Source: Conexibacter sp. (lineage in GTDB: Bacteria > Actinomycetota > Thermoleophilia > Solirubrobacterales > Solirubrobacteraceae). Taken from it: a stretch of 35,327 nucleotides of DNA. A program made the position numbers and the translations under genes. The notes beneath the pieces are model-generated. The model searched no databases, was not told the DNA's origin, and saw only the letters and a list, made by a program, of their open reading frames with translations. This document shows positions 8,705 to 18,386 of the stretch, in pieces (within the stretch, counting starts at the first letter, position 1; the number at the start of each line of letters is the position of its first letter). Location: contig JAOPZP010000495.1 of the NCBI GenBank assembly GCA_025964055.1, positions 1 through 35,327 of the forward strand. Reading direction: 5' to 3'.

Positions 8705-9703
8705 ATGGAGATCGCGAAGGCGCTCATCATCGCGGGCCGTGGTGGGTCGGGCGACTCGCCCTGGCCGGCTGCGCCCGGCGCGCCCAAGCACCTCTTCCCG
8801 GTCGGCAACCAGCCGATCCTGTTCCACAACCTGACGGCGCTCCGCGCGGCCGGGGTCATGGAGGCGACGATCCTCGCCGAGGGCGGCGACGCGGCGGCCT
8901 TCGAGCGCGCCGCCGGCGACGGTCGCGCCTGGGGGATGACCCTGCGCTACGGCGCCTGGCACGCGGCCGACGGGCTGCACGGCGCCCTGGCCGGCGAGCG
9001 GTCGTTCCTCGCCGGCGAGCCCGTGCTGGTCCAGCGCGGCGACGCGGTGCTGCGCGACCGCATGCACGGCCACATCAGCTCCTTCGCCCGCGACGACCTC
9101 GACGCGCTGACCCTGCGGCTGACCGGCTCGTCCTCGGCGCCGCCGAGCGGTCCGGCGCCCACGCCCGGGTACCTCCTGAGCGCTCGCGCGGTGGCGATCC
9201 TCGCCGAGCAGCCCGCGTCGGCCTCGGGCCCGCTCGCCGGCCTCGAGGCCTGCGGCGGGCGCGTCGGCATCGCCGACGTGCGCGGCGTGCTGCCCTGCGA
9301 CGGCGACCAGGACGCGCTGCTGGAATGCAACCGCGCCGTCCTGGAGGGCCTGACGACCGCGATCGGGCCGGCCGTGGAGAACTGCCGGATCCAGGGCGCG
9401 GTGGAGATCCACCCGACCGCCGTGGTGCGCGGCGCGACCCTCCGCGGCCCGCTGATCATCGGCCCGGGCGCGACCGTCCTCGAGTCCTACGTCGGGCCGT
9501 CCACGTCGATCGGCGAGGACGCCGTGATCGAGGGCTCCGAGATCGAGCACTCGATCGTGCTCGCCGGTGCCCAGTTGCGCTTCGTCGGCAGCCGCGTCGA
9601 GTCCAGCGTCATCGGCCGCGGCGCGCGCGTCGTGCGCAGCTTCCGGCCGCCGGCCTCCCTGCGCATGTCGCTCGGCGACGGGGCCGAGGTCGTCATCGCA
9701 TGA
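8705..9703 (+). CDS. Degenerate long-form glucose-1-phosphate thymidylyltransferase (RmlA-like NTP-transferase + LbH domain)
   Basis: KALIIAG...PKHLFPVGNQPIL N-terminus and RGPLIIG...SYVGPSTSIG...EHSIVL C-terminus; GxGTR and EKP motifs absent. Confidence 0.8.
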   Translation: MEIAKALIIAGRGGSGDSPWPAAPGAPKHLFPVGNQPILFHNLTALRAAGVMEATILAEGGDAAAFERAAGDGRAWGMTLRYGAWHAADGLHGALAGERSFLAGEPVLVQRGDAVLRDRMHGHISSFARDDLDALTLRLTGSSSAPPSGPAPTPGYLLSARAVAILAEQPASASGPLAGLEACGGRVGIADVRGVLPCDGDQDALLECNRAVLEGLTTAIGPAVENCRIQGAVEIHPTAVVRGATLRGPLIIGPGATVLESYVGPSTSIGEDAVIEGSEIEHSIVLAGAQLRFVGSRVESSVIGRGARVVRSFRPPASLRMSLGDGAEVVIA

Positions 9704-9815
9704 CCGTCGCCGGCGGCCCCGAACGCGGTCCCTTTTCCAACCTCCCCGATGGTCGAGTCTTCGGCAGCAGCCGTTGCCCTGGGCCCTCCTCCTCCGATAT
9801 GAGCCAGGCAACGTC

Positions 9816-12800
9816 ATGACCCTCACCACGCCCTTCTTGCTCCCGCGCGGTCTCGCGCGGCGGCTCGCCCTTCTCGCCTTTCTGGTTGCCGCACCCCTGC
9901 TCGCGGGCGCGACGCATCCGGCCGTCTCGCTGGCCGACGCGTGCACGGCGCCGGTGGTCAGCCCGGTGGCGTGCGAGAACACCAAGCTGGGTGCAGACCC
10001 CCAGACCTGGGCGGTCGACGGCGCCGGCGACCCGAGCATCCAGGGCTTCGCGACGCAGCAGAGCGTCAACGTCGGCACGACGGTCAACTTCAAGATCAAG
10101 TCCACCACGTCGGCCTTCCACATCGACATCCTGCGCCTCGGCTACTACCAGGGCAACGGCGCGCGGCTGATGCAGGGCGGCATCACGCCGTCGGGCACCG
10201 CGGTGCAGGGGGCGTGCAAGAGCGACGCGACCACGGGCCTGATCGACTGCGGCAACTGGGCCGTCTCGGCCTCCTGGCCGGTGCCGAGCACCGCCGTCTC
10301 CGGCGTGTACGTCGCGCACCTGGTCCGCAACGACGGCACCGGCGACAGCCAGATCATCTTCGTGGTCCGCAACGACGCGAGCCACTCCGCCATGGTCCTC
10401 CAGACGTCCGACGCGACGTGGCAGGCCTACAACACGTACGGCGGCAACAACCTGTACGACTGCGCCAGCGTCTGCCCGCCCGGCAACCCGAGGGCCTACA
10501 AGGCGGCCTTCGCGGTGTCCTACAACCGGCCGCTGGGCCAGCCCTACGACGGCGTCTCCTCGCTCTTCCAGGGCGCCGAGTACTCGATGATCCGCTGGGT
10601 CGAGGCCAACGGCTACGACGTCAGCTACCTCAGCGAGGTCGACGTCCACCGCCGCGGCTCGCTCCTGCTCAACCACAAGACCTTCATCTCCAGCGGGCAC
10701 GACGAGTACTGGTCGGCCACGCAGCGGTCAAGCGTCGAGGCGGCGCGCGCGGCCGGCGTCAACCTCGCGTTCTTCAGCGGCAACGAGGTGTTCTGGAAGA
10801 CCCGCTGGGCGTCGAGCATCGACGGCAGCAACACCCAGGACCGCACGCTGATCAGCTACAAGGACACGCACTTCGACGCGCCGACCGACCCGGTCGAGTG
10901 GACCGGCACGTGGCGTGACGACCGCTTCGCCTCGGCGACGGACGCGGCCAAGCCGGAGAACGCGCTGACCGGGCAGTCGTTCGTCATCAACGCGGGCACC
11001 ACGAGCCTGACCGTTCCCGCCCAGTACGGCGCGATGCGACTCTGGAAGAACACGGCCGCCGCGACCCTGACGGCCGGCCAGACGCTCACGCTGTCGCCCG
11101 CGACGCTCGGCTACGAGTGGGACGTCGACGCCGACAACGGCTTCCGCCCCGCCGGCCTCATCAAGCTGTCGGCCACGACCGCGACCGGCCTGGACGCGTT
11201 CGTCGACTACGGCACGACCGTGGTCCCCAACAGCACCGCGACCCACAACCTCGTGATGTACCGGGCGCCGAGCGGCGCGCGCGTCTTCGGCGCCGGCACC
11301 GTCCAGTGGGCGTTCGGGCTCGACAGCCCCAACCCGGGCGGCGGCACGGCCAACCTGACCATGCAGCAGGCGACGGTCAACCTCCTCGCCGACATGGGCG
11401 CCCAGCCGGTGACCCGGCAGGCCGGCCTCGTCGCGGCCACGGCCTCGACCGACACGACCGGACCCACGGTCACGGTCGGCACCACGCCGGCGACGGTCGC
11501 CGACGGCTCCAAGCTCACGATCACCGGCACCGCGAGCGACCTCGGCGGCGGGGTGGTCGGCGGCGTCGAGCTGTCCACCGACAACGGCGCGACGTGGCAC
11601 CCGGCGACCGGGACCGCGAGCTGGAGCTACTCCTGGGTCGCGCACGGCGCGCCCACGGCGAAGATCCTGGCGCGCGCCACCGACGACAGCGGCAACATCG
11701 GCGCGGCCAGCGCAGCGCGCTCCATCGGCGTGAGCTGCACCTGCTCGCTGTTCGGCACGAACGTCACGCCTGCGGCCGCCGGCGTCGACGGCGGTGACAC
11801 GACCGCCATCGAGGTCGGGATGAAGTTCACCTCCGACCAGTACGGCACGATCAAGGGCCTGCGGTTCTACAAGGCCGCCACGAACACCGGCACGCACACC
11901 GGCAGCCTCTGGACCGCAGGCGGTCAGCGCCTCGCGCAGGCGACGTTCACCGGCGAGACCGGCTCGGGCTGGCAGACGGTGACCTTCGCCAACCCGGTGC
12001 TGGTCACGCCCGGCACGACCTACGTCGCGTCCTACTACGCGCCCGCCGGCCACTACTCCGCGACGGCCGACTACTTCTACCGGACGCCCGCGCCCGGCCC
12101 CAACGGCGGCGCGATCGCCGACAGCCCGCCGATCCACGCGCTGCGGAGCTTCGGCGCGACCACGAACGGCGTCTACGCCTACGGCAGCTCGAGCAGCTTC
12201 CCGACGCAGTCCTACGGCGCCGCGAACTACTGGGTCGACGTGCTGTTCGACCCGACGCCCGCGCCCGGGGCGGTCTCGGGGGTCACCGCCGCGTCCGGTG
12301 GCAAGACCTCGGCCAACATCGCGTGGACGGCTCCCACCACGGGTGGCGCCCCGACGTCCTACGTCGTCACGCCCTACGTCGGCACGACCGCCGCGCCGCC
12401 GATCACGGTCACCGGCTCGCCGCTGGGCGCCAACGCCACCGTGACGGGCCTGACCAACGGCACGACCTACACGTTCACGGTGAAGGCCGTCAACCCGGCC
12501 GGCTCCAGCGCTGAGTCGGCGCAGTCGGTCGCCGTCACGCCGCTGACCGCGGTGGCCCCCGGGCCGCCGGCGTCGGCCACCGCCGAGCCCGCGTCCGAGC
12601 AGGCGCGGGTCAGCTGGACCGCGCCGGGCACCGACGGCGACAGCGCGATCACCGGCTACGTGGTGACGCCCTACACGGGCACGACCGCCGGGACGCCGGT
12701 GACCGTCGCGGCCGCCACGCGGACCGTCACGATCACGGGTCTCGCCGACGGCGCGAGCACGACGTTCAGGGTGGCCGCGGTCAACGCCGTCGGCACCGGG

Positions 12801-15401
12801 TCCCCGACGACCACCGCGGCGGTCACGCCCGGCGCGACGCTGCTGGACTACGCGACGCCCGCGGTCGTCGACAGCGGCGACACCGACGCCGTCGAGCTCG
12901 GGGTGAAGTTCACCGCCGACTCCGCGGGCACCGTGTCGGGCCTGCGCTTCTACAAGGCGGCCGCCAACGTCGGTCCGCACGTCGGGACGCTCTGGAGCGC
13001 CGCCGGCACGCGGCTCGCCGAGGCGACCTTCACCAACGAGAGCGCGTCCGGGTGGCAGAGCGTCACGTTCTCGAGCCCGGTCGCGGTCACGGCCAACACG
13101 ACCTACGTCGCGTCGTACTTCGCGCCGTCGGGCCGGTACTCCGTGACCAGCCACGGCCTCGACAACGCGCTGCACCACGCGCCTCTGCACGCGCCGGGCA
13201 CGACCACGTCGGCCAACGGCGTCTACGCCTACGGCTCGGCCGTCACGTTCCCGACCGCGGCCTACAACGGCTCCAACTACTACGTCGACGTCCTGTACGC
13301 GATGAGCAAGCCGGGTCAGCCGACCGGCGCGACGGCCACCGCGGGCCGCGGCTCGGCGACCGTGAGCTGGACGGCGCCGACCACCGGCGGCGCGCCGTCG
13401 TCCTACGTCGTCACGCCCTACATCGGCACGACGGCGCAGCCGACCACGACGGTCAACGGCGGCGCGACGACGACCGCCCAGGTCGACAGCCTCACGCCGG
13501 GGACCTCGTACACCTTCACGGTGCAGGCGCAGAACGCCAGCGGTCCCGGCACCGCGTCGGCGGCGACCAACGCCGTCACGCCGACGCAGCCGGTGGCCCC
13601 GGACGCGCCGACCGCGGTGACCGCGCAGCCGGCCAGCAGCAAGGTGCTGGTGCGCTGGACCGCGCCGCCGGCGACCGGCAGCCCGGTCATCGACTACACC
13701 GTGACGCCCTACGTCGGCGCCACGCCGCAGTCCCCGGTCGTGGTCGACGGCTCGCTGACCAGCGCCGCCATCCCGTCGGTCAACGGCAAGACCTACACGT
13801 TCACGGTCTCGGCCCGCAACGGCGTGGGCGCCGGCCCGGACTCCTCGCCGTCGGCGGCCGTGACGCCCGAGGCCACCATCTTCGACTTCGCCACCCCGGC
13901 GACCGTCGACGGTGGCGACACGAGCGCGATCGAGCTCGGCGTCAAGTTCCAGGCCTCGGTGCACGGCTCGGTGACGGGCATCCGCTTCTACAAGGCGGCG
14001 GGCAACACCGGCACGCACATCGGCAACCTGTGGACGGCCGGCGGCACCCGCCTCGCGACGGCCACCTTCGCCGGCGAGTCCGCCTCCGGGTGGCAGACCG
14101 TGACGTTCGGCACGCCCGTGGACATCGATCCCGGGACGACCTATGTCGCGTCGTACTTCGCACCCGCCGGTCACTACTCGGTGACCAGCGGCGGGCTGGC
14201 CGCGGGCGCGACGAACGATCCGCTGCGCGCGCTGGCCGACAGCACGGTCAGCAACGGCGTCTACGGCTACGGCCCGACCAGCGGGTTCCCGGCCAGCTCC
14301 TACAACGGCGCCAACTACTGGGTCGACGTGCTGTTCGCGCCGCTCGCCGACCCGGGGACGCCGACGGGCGTCACCGCCTCGGCAGGCCGGAACTCGGCCA
14401 CCGTGTCCTGGACCGCTCCGTCCGACGGCGGCCCGGTCGCCTCCTACAAGGTGACCCCGTACGTCGGCAGCGCGGCGCAGCCCTCGACGGTCGTCACCGG
14501 CTCGCCCGCGCCCACCAGCGCCACGATCACCGGGCTGACGGCGGGGACGAGCTACACGTTCACCGTGCAGGCGCGCAACCTCGACGGCTCCGGGCCGACG
14601 TCGGCGCCGTCCGACGCCGTCGTGCCCACCGCGGCGGCGGTGCCCGCGGCGCCGACGGCCGTGACCGCGGCGCCCGCGTCGAGCTCGGCGCGCGTCGACT
14701 GGACGGCGCCGACCGGCGCCGGCAGCGACGTGACCGACTACACCGTGACGCCCTACGTCGGCGGGGCGGCGCAGTCGGCGACGCACGTCGCCGGGACGGT
14801 CACCGCCGCGACGATCAGCGGGCTCACCAACGGCACCGACTACACGTTCACCGTCACCGCGACCAACGCGGTGGGCGCCGGACCGGCGTCGGGCGCCACC
14901 GGCCCGGTGACCCCGCGCGCCACGATCTTCGACTTCGCCACGCCGGCCATGATCGACGCCGGCGACCCGAGCTCCATCGTGCTCGGCGCGAAGTTCACGG
15001 CCGACGTGGACGGCTCGGTGACCGGCATCCGGTTCTACAAGGCCGCCGCGAACACGGGCACGCACATCGCGGCGCTGTGGACGTCGGACGGCCAACTGGT
15101 GGCGTCGGCCACCTCCACGGGCGAGTCCGCCGCCGGCTGGCAGACGGTGCTGTTCGCCAGCCCGCAGCCGATCACCGCCGCGACGACCTACGTGGCGACC
15201 TACCTCGCCCCGAACGGCCACTACTCGGCGGCCGGAGCGGCGTTCGCCTCGGCGGCGATCGACAACGCCCCGCTGCACGCGCTCTCCAACCTGGGGACCC
15301 CGAACGGCATCTACGTCTACAGCCCGAGCATGACGTTCCCGGCGAGCAGCTACAACGCGACGAACTACTTCGTCGACGTCCTGTTCTCGCCGGCGAGCTG
15401 A
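9816..15401 (+). CDS. Large secreted protein: N,N-dimethylformamidase large-subunit-like domain + Ig-like domain + 4x DUF4082 + 6x fibronectin type III
   Basis: Signal peptide (RRLALLAFLVAAPLLAG...SLA-DA); TWQAYN and SGHDEYWS; four ELGVKF...GxRFYK...YxVDVL-type modules; six WTAP...YxVTPY...YTFTV-type modules. Confidence 0.88.
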   Translation: MTLTTPFLLPRGLARRLALLAFLVAAPLLAGATHPAVSLADACTAPVVSPVACENTKLGADPQTWAVDGAGDPSIQGFATQQSVNVGTTVNFKIKSTTSAFHIDILRLGYYQGNGARLMQGGITPSGTAVQGACKSDATTGLIDCGNWAVSASWPVPSTAVSGVYVAHLVRNDGTGDSQIIFVVRNDASHSAMVLQTSDATWQAYNTYGGNNLYDCASVCPPGNPRAYKAAFAVSYNRPLGQPYDGVSSLFQGAEYSMIRWVEANGYDVSYLSEVDVHRRGSLLLNHKTFISSGHDEYWSATQRSSVEAARAAGVNLAFFSGNEVFWKTRWASSIDGSNTQDRTLISYKDTHFDAPTDPVEWTGTWRDDRFASATDAAKPENALTGQSFVINAGTTSLTVPAQYGAMRLWKNTAAATLTAGQTLTLSPATLGYEWDVDADNGFRPAGLIKLSATTATGLDAFVDYGTTVVPNSTATHNLVMYRAPSGARVFGAGTVQWAFGLDSPNPGGGTANLTMQQATVNLLADMGAQPVTRQAGLVAATASTDTTGPTVTVGTTPATVADGSKLTITGTASDLGGGVVGGVELSTDNGATWHPATGTASWSYSWVAHGAPTAKILARATDDSGNIGAASAARSIGVSCTCSLFGTNVTPAAAGVDGGDTTAIEVGMKFTSDQYGTIKGLRFYKAATNTGTHTGSLWTAGGQRLAQATFTGETGSGWQTVTFANPVLVTPGTTYVASYYAPAGHYSATADYFYRTPAPGPNGGAIADSPPIHALRSFGATTNGVYAYGSSSSFPTQSYGAANYWVDVLFDPTPAPGAVSGVTAASGGKTSANIAWTAPTTGGAPTSYVVTPYVGTTAAPPITVTGSPLGANATVTGLTNGTTYTFTVKAVNPAGSSAESAQSVAVTPLTAVAPGPPASATAEPASEQARVSWTAPGTDGDSAITGYVVTPYTGTTAGTPVTVAAATRTVTITGLADGASTTFRVAAVNAVGTGSPTTTAAVTPGATLLDYATPAVVDSGDTDAVELGVKFTADSAGTVSGLRFYKAAANVGPHVGTLWSAAGTRLAEATFTNESASGWQSVTFSSPVAVTANTTYVASYFAPSGRYSVTSHGLDNALHHAPLHAPGTTTSANGVYAYGSAVTFPTAAYNGSNYYVDVLYAMSKPGQPTGATATAGRGSATVSWTAPTTGGAPSSYVVTPYIGTTAQPTTTVNGGATTTAQVDSLTPGTSYTFTVQAQNASGPGTASAATNAVTPTQPVAPDAPTAVTAQPASSKVLVRWTAPPATGSPVIDYTVTPYVGATPQSPVVVDGSLTSAAIPSVNGKTYTFTVSARNGVGAGPDSSPSAAVTPEATIFDFATPATVDGGDTSAIELGVKFQASVHGSVTGIRFYKAAGNTGTHIGNLWTAGGTRLATATFAGESASGWQTVTFGTPVDIDPGTTYVASYFAPAGHYSVTSGGLAAGATNDPLRALADSTVSNGVYGYGPTSGFPASSYNGANYWVDVLFAPLADPGTPTGVTASAGRNSATVSWTAPSDGGPVASYKVTPYVGSAAQPSTVVTGSPAPTSATITGLTAGTSYTFTVQARNLDGSGPTSAPSDAVVPTAAAVPAAPTAVTAAPASSSARVDWTAPTGAGSDVTDYTVTPYVGGAAQSATHVAGTVTAATISGLTNGTDYTFTVTATNAVGAGPASGATGPVTPRATIFDFATPAMIDAGDPSSIVLGAKFTADVDGSVTGIRFYKAAANTGTHIAALWTSDGQLVASATSTGESAAGWQTVLFASPQPITAATTYVATYLAPNGHYSAAGAAFASAAIDNAPLHALSNLGTPNGIYVYSPSMTFPASSYNATNYFVDVLFSPAS
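11745..15390 (+). repeat. Intragenic modular repeat: DUF4082-(Fn3-Fn3-DUF4082)x3, about 1.05 kb period
   Basis: Recurrent TTCTACAAGGC (RFYKA) near 11865, 12948, 13986 and 15033. Confidence 0.85.
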
Positions 15402-15453
15402 TGAACTGACGAAGGGCTGAAAAGACGGGGCCTCTGGACCCGTTGTGTGTTAC

Positions 15454-16065
15454 ATGCGGCCCCTTCCGATCGCCCTGCTGCTCGCCGTGACGGCGGTGGC
15501 CGTGGGCTGCGGCGCCTCGTCGGAGCCCCCGGCAGCGCCCGGCAGCCCGCAGCACCCGCTGGTGGCGACGATCGCCGACACGCCGCCCTCGGGCAAGGCG
15601 GCCGGGCCCGCGTTCAAGGAGGCCGAGAGCGCGGGCAGCGCGACGCCCGCGGACGCCGGCCCCAGCTACGAGAAGCTCCTCGCCCAGCAGTCCAGCAAGC
15701 CGCAGTCGCGGTTCACCCCCTGCAACCTGGTGACGCGCGCCGAGGCCGCGACCATCATCCAGGGCGCCGTGCGGCCGCTGACCGAGGCGCCGCAGGGCCC
15801 GACCTGCATCTACCGGTCGGTGCGGACCGGGCACGGCCGGCAGTTCATCACCGTCGCCGTCCAGACGACGCCGTTCGCCACGGTGCGCCGGCACGTCAAG
15901 CAGCCGACCGCGATCACGGTGGGCGGCCGCAGCGGCCTCTGCGGCACCTGGGGCCAGCCGGCGCTCTACCTGCCGCTGTCGAAGGGGCGCGTCCTGTCGA
16001 TCACCGGGCACTGCGACGTCGCCCGGCGATTCGCCGCCAAGGCCGTCCCGCGGCTCCCGTCCTAG
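15454..16065 (+). CDS. Lipoprotein (DUF3558-like, Cys-containing)
   Basis: MRPLPIALLLAVTAVAVG-C lipobox; FTPCNLVTRAEAATII...TCIY pattern. Confidence 0.7.
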   Translation: MRPLPIALLLAVTAVAVGCGASSEPPAAPGSPQHPLVATIADTPPSGKAAGPAFKEAESAGSATPADAGPSYEKLLAQQSSKPQSRFTPCNLVTRAEAATIIQGAVRPLTEAPQGPTCIYRSVRTGHGRQFITVAVQTTPFATVRRHVKQPTAITVGGRSGLCGTWGQPALYLPLSKGRVLSITGHCDVARRFAAKAVPRLPS

Positions 16066-16074
16066 CCAACCGCC

Positions 16075-17346
16075 ATGTACCAGGTCTCGGACTCCAAGGC
16101 GCTCCTGCGGGGGCACCGCCGCCTGCTGGCGGCACGCAGCACACCGGCCGGGGGGCGCGTCAGCCGCACGGTCGTGCTGCTCGGGCTGACCAGCCTCATC
16201 ACCGACATCTCCTCGGAGATGGTGGTCACGGTCCTGCCGCTGTACCTGGTCGCCATCGGCGGCTTCTCGCCGCTGGCGTTCGGCTTCATCGACGGCCTCT
16301 ACAACGGCGCCACGGCGCTCATGGGCCTGGCCAGCGGCATGATCGGCGATCGGTTCCGCCGCCACAAGGAGACCGCCGCGACCGGCTACGGGATCTCGGC
16401 GGTGTGCAAGCTGCTGCTCGCCGTGGTCGGGACCGGCGTCTCGGCCATCGGCGCCGTGGTGCTGCTGGACCGCGCCGGCAAGGGCATTCGCACGGCTCCC
16501 CGGGACGCGATGATCTCGCTGGCGACTCCGCGCGACCAGCTCGGCATGGCGTTCGGCGTGCATCGCGCCATGGACACCACCGGGGCCGTCCTGGGCCCGC
16601 TGCTCGCGTTCGCGCTGCTGGCCGCCGCGCCGCTGGCGTTCCACACGGTGTTCCTGGTGAGCTTCTTCCTCGCCCTCCTCGGAGTCGGCGTCCTCGTGCT
16701 GTTCGTCGAGCAGCGCGGTCCGGTGGCCGGGGCCCAGGCGCCCGAGCGGCCGCCGGCGCTCAGCGGAGCCTTCGCGCTCCTGCGGCTGCCGCGCTACCGC
16801 GCGCTGATGTGCGCCGGGGCCGCGTTGAGCCTGGCGACCGCCAGCGACGCCTTCGTCTTCCTGGCCCTGCAGAAGGAGCTCGACCTCGGCACGTCGCTGT
16901 TCCCGCTGCTGTTCGTCGCGAGCTCGGGCACCTACATGCTGCTGGCCGTGCCGGCGGGCCGGCTGGCCGATCGCTTCGGCCGCGGTCGCGTCTTCCTGGC
17001 CGGGTACGCGCTCCTGCTCGGCGTCTACCTGGCGGTGCTGTCGCCGCTGGGCGGCTGGCTCCTATTGGTCGTGGCGCTCGGGTTGCTCGGCGCGTACTAC
17101 GCGGCCACGGACGGCGTCCTGATGGCGCTCGGCAGCACGGTCGTCCCCGAGGAGGTGCGGGGCAGCGGCCTGGCGCTGCTGGGCACCGCGACGAGCATCG
17201 CGCGGCTGGTCGCCTCCGTCGCCTTCGGCGCGCTGTGGACGCTCTGGACCCTGAACGGCGCCTTCATCGCGTTTGGCGCCGCGCTGGTCGTGGCGACGGC
17301 GCTCGCGGGCTTCCTGCTGGTCCGCGCGCCGGAGCCGGCGGCATGA
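16075..17346 (+). CDS. MFS transporter
   Basis: About 12 hydrophobic helices; motif-A-like GMIGDRFRR and GRLADRFGR; DRAGKGIRTAPRDAMI. Confidence 0.92.
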   Translation: MYQVSDSKALLRGHRRLLAARSTPAGGRVSRTVVLLGLTSLITDISSEMVVTVLPLYLVAIGGFSPLAFGFIDGLYNGATALMGLASGMIGDRFRRHKETAATGYGISAVCKLLLAVVGTGVSAIGAVVLLDRAGKGIRTAPRDAMISLATPRDQLGMAFGVHRAMDTTGAVLGPLLAFALLAAAPLAFHTVFLVSFFLALLGVGVLVLFVEQRGPVAGAQAPERPPALSGAFALLRLPRYRALMCAGAALSLATASDAFVFLALQKELDLGTSLFPLLFVASSGTYMLLAVPAGRLADRFGRGRVFLAGYALLLGVYLAVLSPLGGWLLLVVALGLLGAYYAATDGVLMALGSTVVPEEVRGSGLALLGTATSIARLVASVAFGALWTLWTLNGAFIAFGAALVVATALAGFLLVRAPEPAA

Positions 17347-18359
17347 CCGCGGCTCGGCGGCGCACGGCCTTCGTCGCCCTCCTGGCGCTCTGCGTGGTGG
17401 GCGCCGGCGTCGCGGTCCTCGCCGGCCTGGGGTCAGGCGGCGCCGCGAAGGGCGGTTCGACCGGCGCGCTCGCAGACGCGCAGCAGACCCGGCGCCCCGT
17501 GGTCCTGTACCGCACCGGCGACCGGTCGCAGGGCCCGGGCGGGCAGCTCGCGCTCGCATCGCTCGCCCAGCCGGGCACGCCGGCCACCGCGCTGCACCTG
17601 AGCTGCGGCCGCGTGTCCTACGCTCCCGGCGCCGGCCTCTGCCTCACGCAGGCCAAGGGCTTCGCGGCCGGGTACGAGGCCGACGTCTTCGGCGCGGACC
17701 TGAAGGTGCGCCACCGGCTCGCCGTCGAGGGCGTCCCGAGCCGTGCGCGGGTGTCGCCCGACGGGCGGTACGGCGCGGTGACGCTCTTCGTGACCGGCCA
17801 CTCCTACGCCGCGGCCGGGCAGTTCTCCACCGACACGACGCTGATCGACATGCGGTCCGGCCGTGAGGCCGCGCAGCTCGAGCGGTTCGCGGTCACCAAG
17901 GGCGATCGGCAGCTCACCGCGCTCGACATGAACTTCTGGGGCGTGACCTTCGCCCGCGACAGCGACCGCTTCTACGCCACCCTCGCCACGGGCGGCAAGA
18001 CGTACCTGGTGGAGGGATCGGTGCGCGGCCGGACGGCGCGCGTGCTGCACGAGAACGTCGAGTGCCCGTCGCTGTCGCCCGACGGCACGCGCATCGCCTA
18101 CAAGAAGCGGACCGGTCCGGCGTCGCGGCCCTGGCACCTGACCGTGCTCGATCTCGCGACGATGCACGAGACCCCGCTGGCGGAGACGCGCTCGATCGAC
18201 GACCAGGTCGAGTGGCTCGACGACCGGCGCGTCCTCTATGGCGTCGGCGGCGACGTCGACGTCGCTGCGGCCGATGGGACGGGCCGGCCCGCGCGGTTCT
18301 TCACCGGCGGCGGCTCCCCGACGGTCCTGAGCTGGGCAGCGCGCACGCCCGCAAGCTGA
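17343..18359 (+). CDS. Membrane-anchored TolB-like (PD40) beta-propeller protein
   Basis: N-terminal TM segment; SRARVSPDGRY and ECPSLSPDGTRIAY repeats; ATGA overlap with the MFS gene. Confidence 0.75.
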   Translation: MTAARRRTAFVALLALCVVGAGVAVLAGLGSGGAAKGGSTGALADAQQTRRPVVLYRTGDRSQGPGGQLALASLAQPGTPATALHLSCGRVSYAPGAGLCLTQAKGFAAGYEADVFGADLKVRHRLAVEGVPSRARVSPDGRYGAVTLFVTGHSYAAAGQFSTDTTLIDMRSGREAAQLERFAVTKGDRQLTALDMNFWGVTFARDSDRFYATLATGGKTYLVEGSVRGRTARVLHENVECPSLSPDGTRIAYKKRTGPASRPWHLTVLDLATMHETPLAETRSIDDQVEWLDDRRVLYGVGGDVDVAAADGTGRPARFFTGGGSPTVLSWAARTPAS

Positions 18360-18376
18360 CGGCAATCCGGAGCGTT
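18350..18376 (+). promoter_or_regulatory. Putative ECF-type promoter CGCAAG-N17-CGTT
   Basis: Exact match: CGCAAG 18350-18355, CGTT 18373-18376, 10 nt to ATG 18387. Confidence 0.75.
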
Positions 18377-18386
18377 GGTGTGAGTG

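Noticed and set aside
8705-9703. Calling this gene rmlA or a pseudogene
   Set aside because: Catalytic motifs are missing, so rmlA is unsupported; the frame is intact with a plausible promoter, so it is not a pseudogene
9745-9775. CGTT at 9772 as a regulon promoter; CCCGATGGTC also present at 21346
   Set aside because: The -35 position reads ATGGTC (no match); the shared 10-mer has opposite orientation relative to its genes and only two copies
10728-15278. 1516-aa antisense ORF and many other long Arg/Gly/Ala-rich overlapping ORFs
   Set aside because: Shadow frames of real genes, caused by scarce stop codons in high-GC DNA; no recognisable motifs
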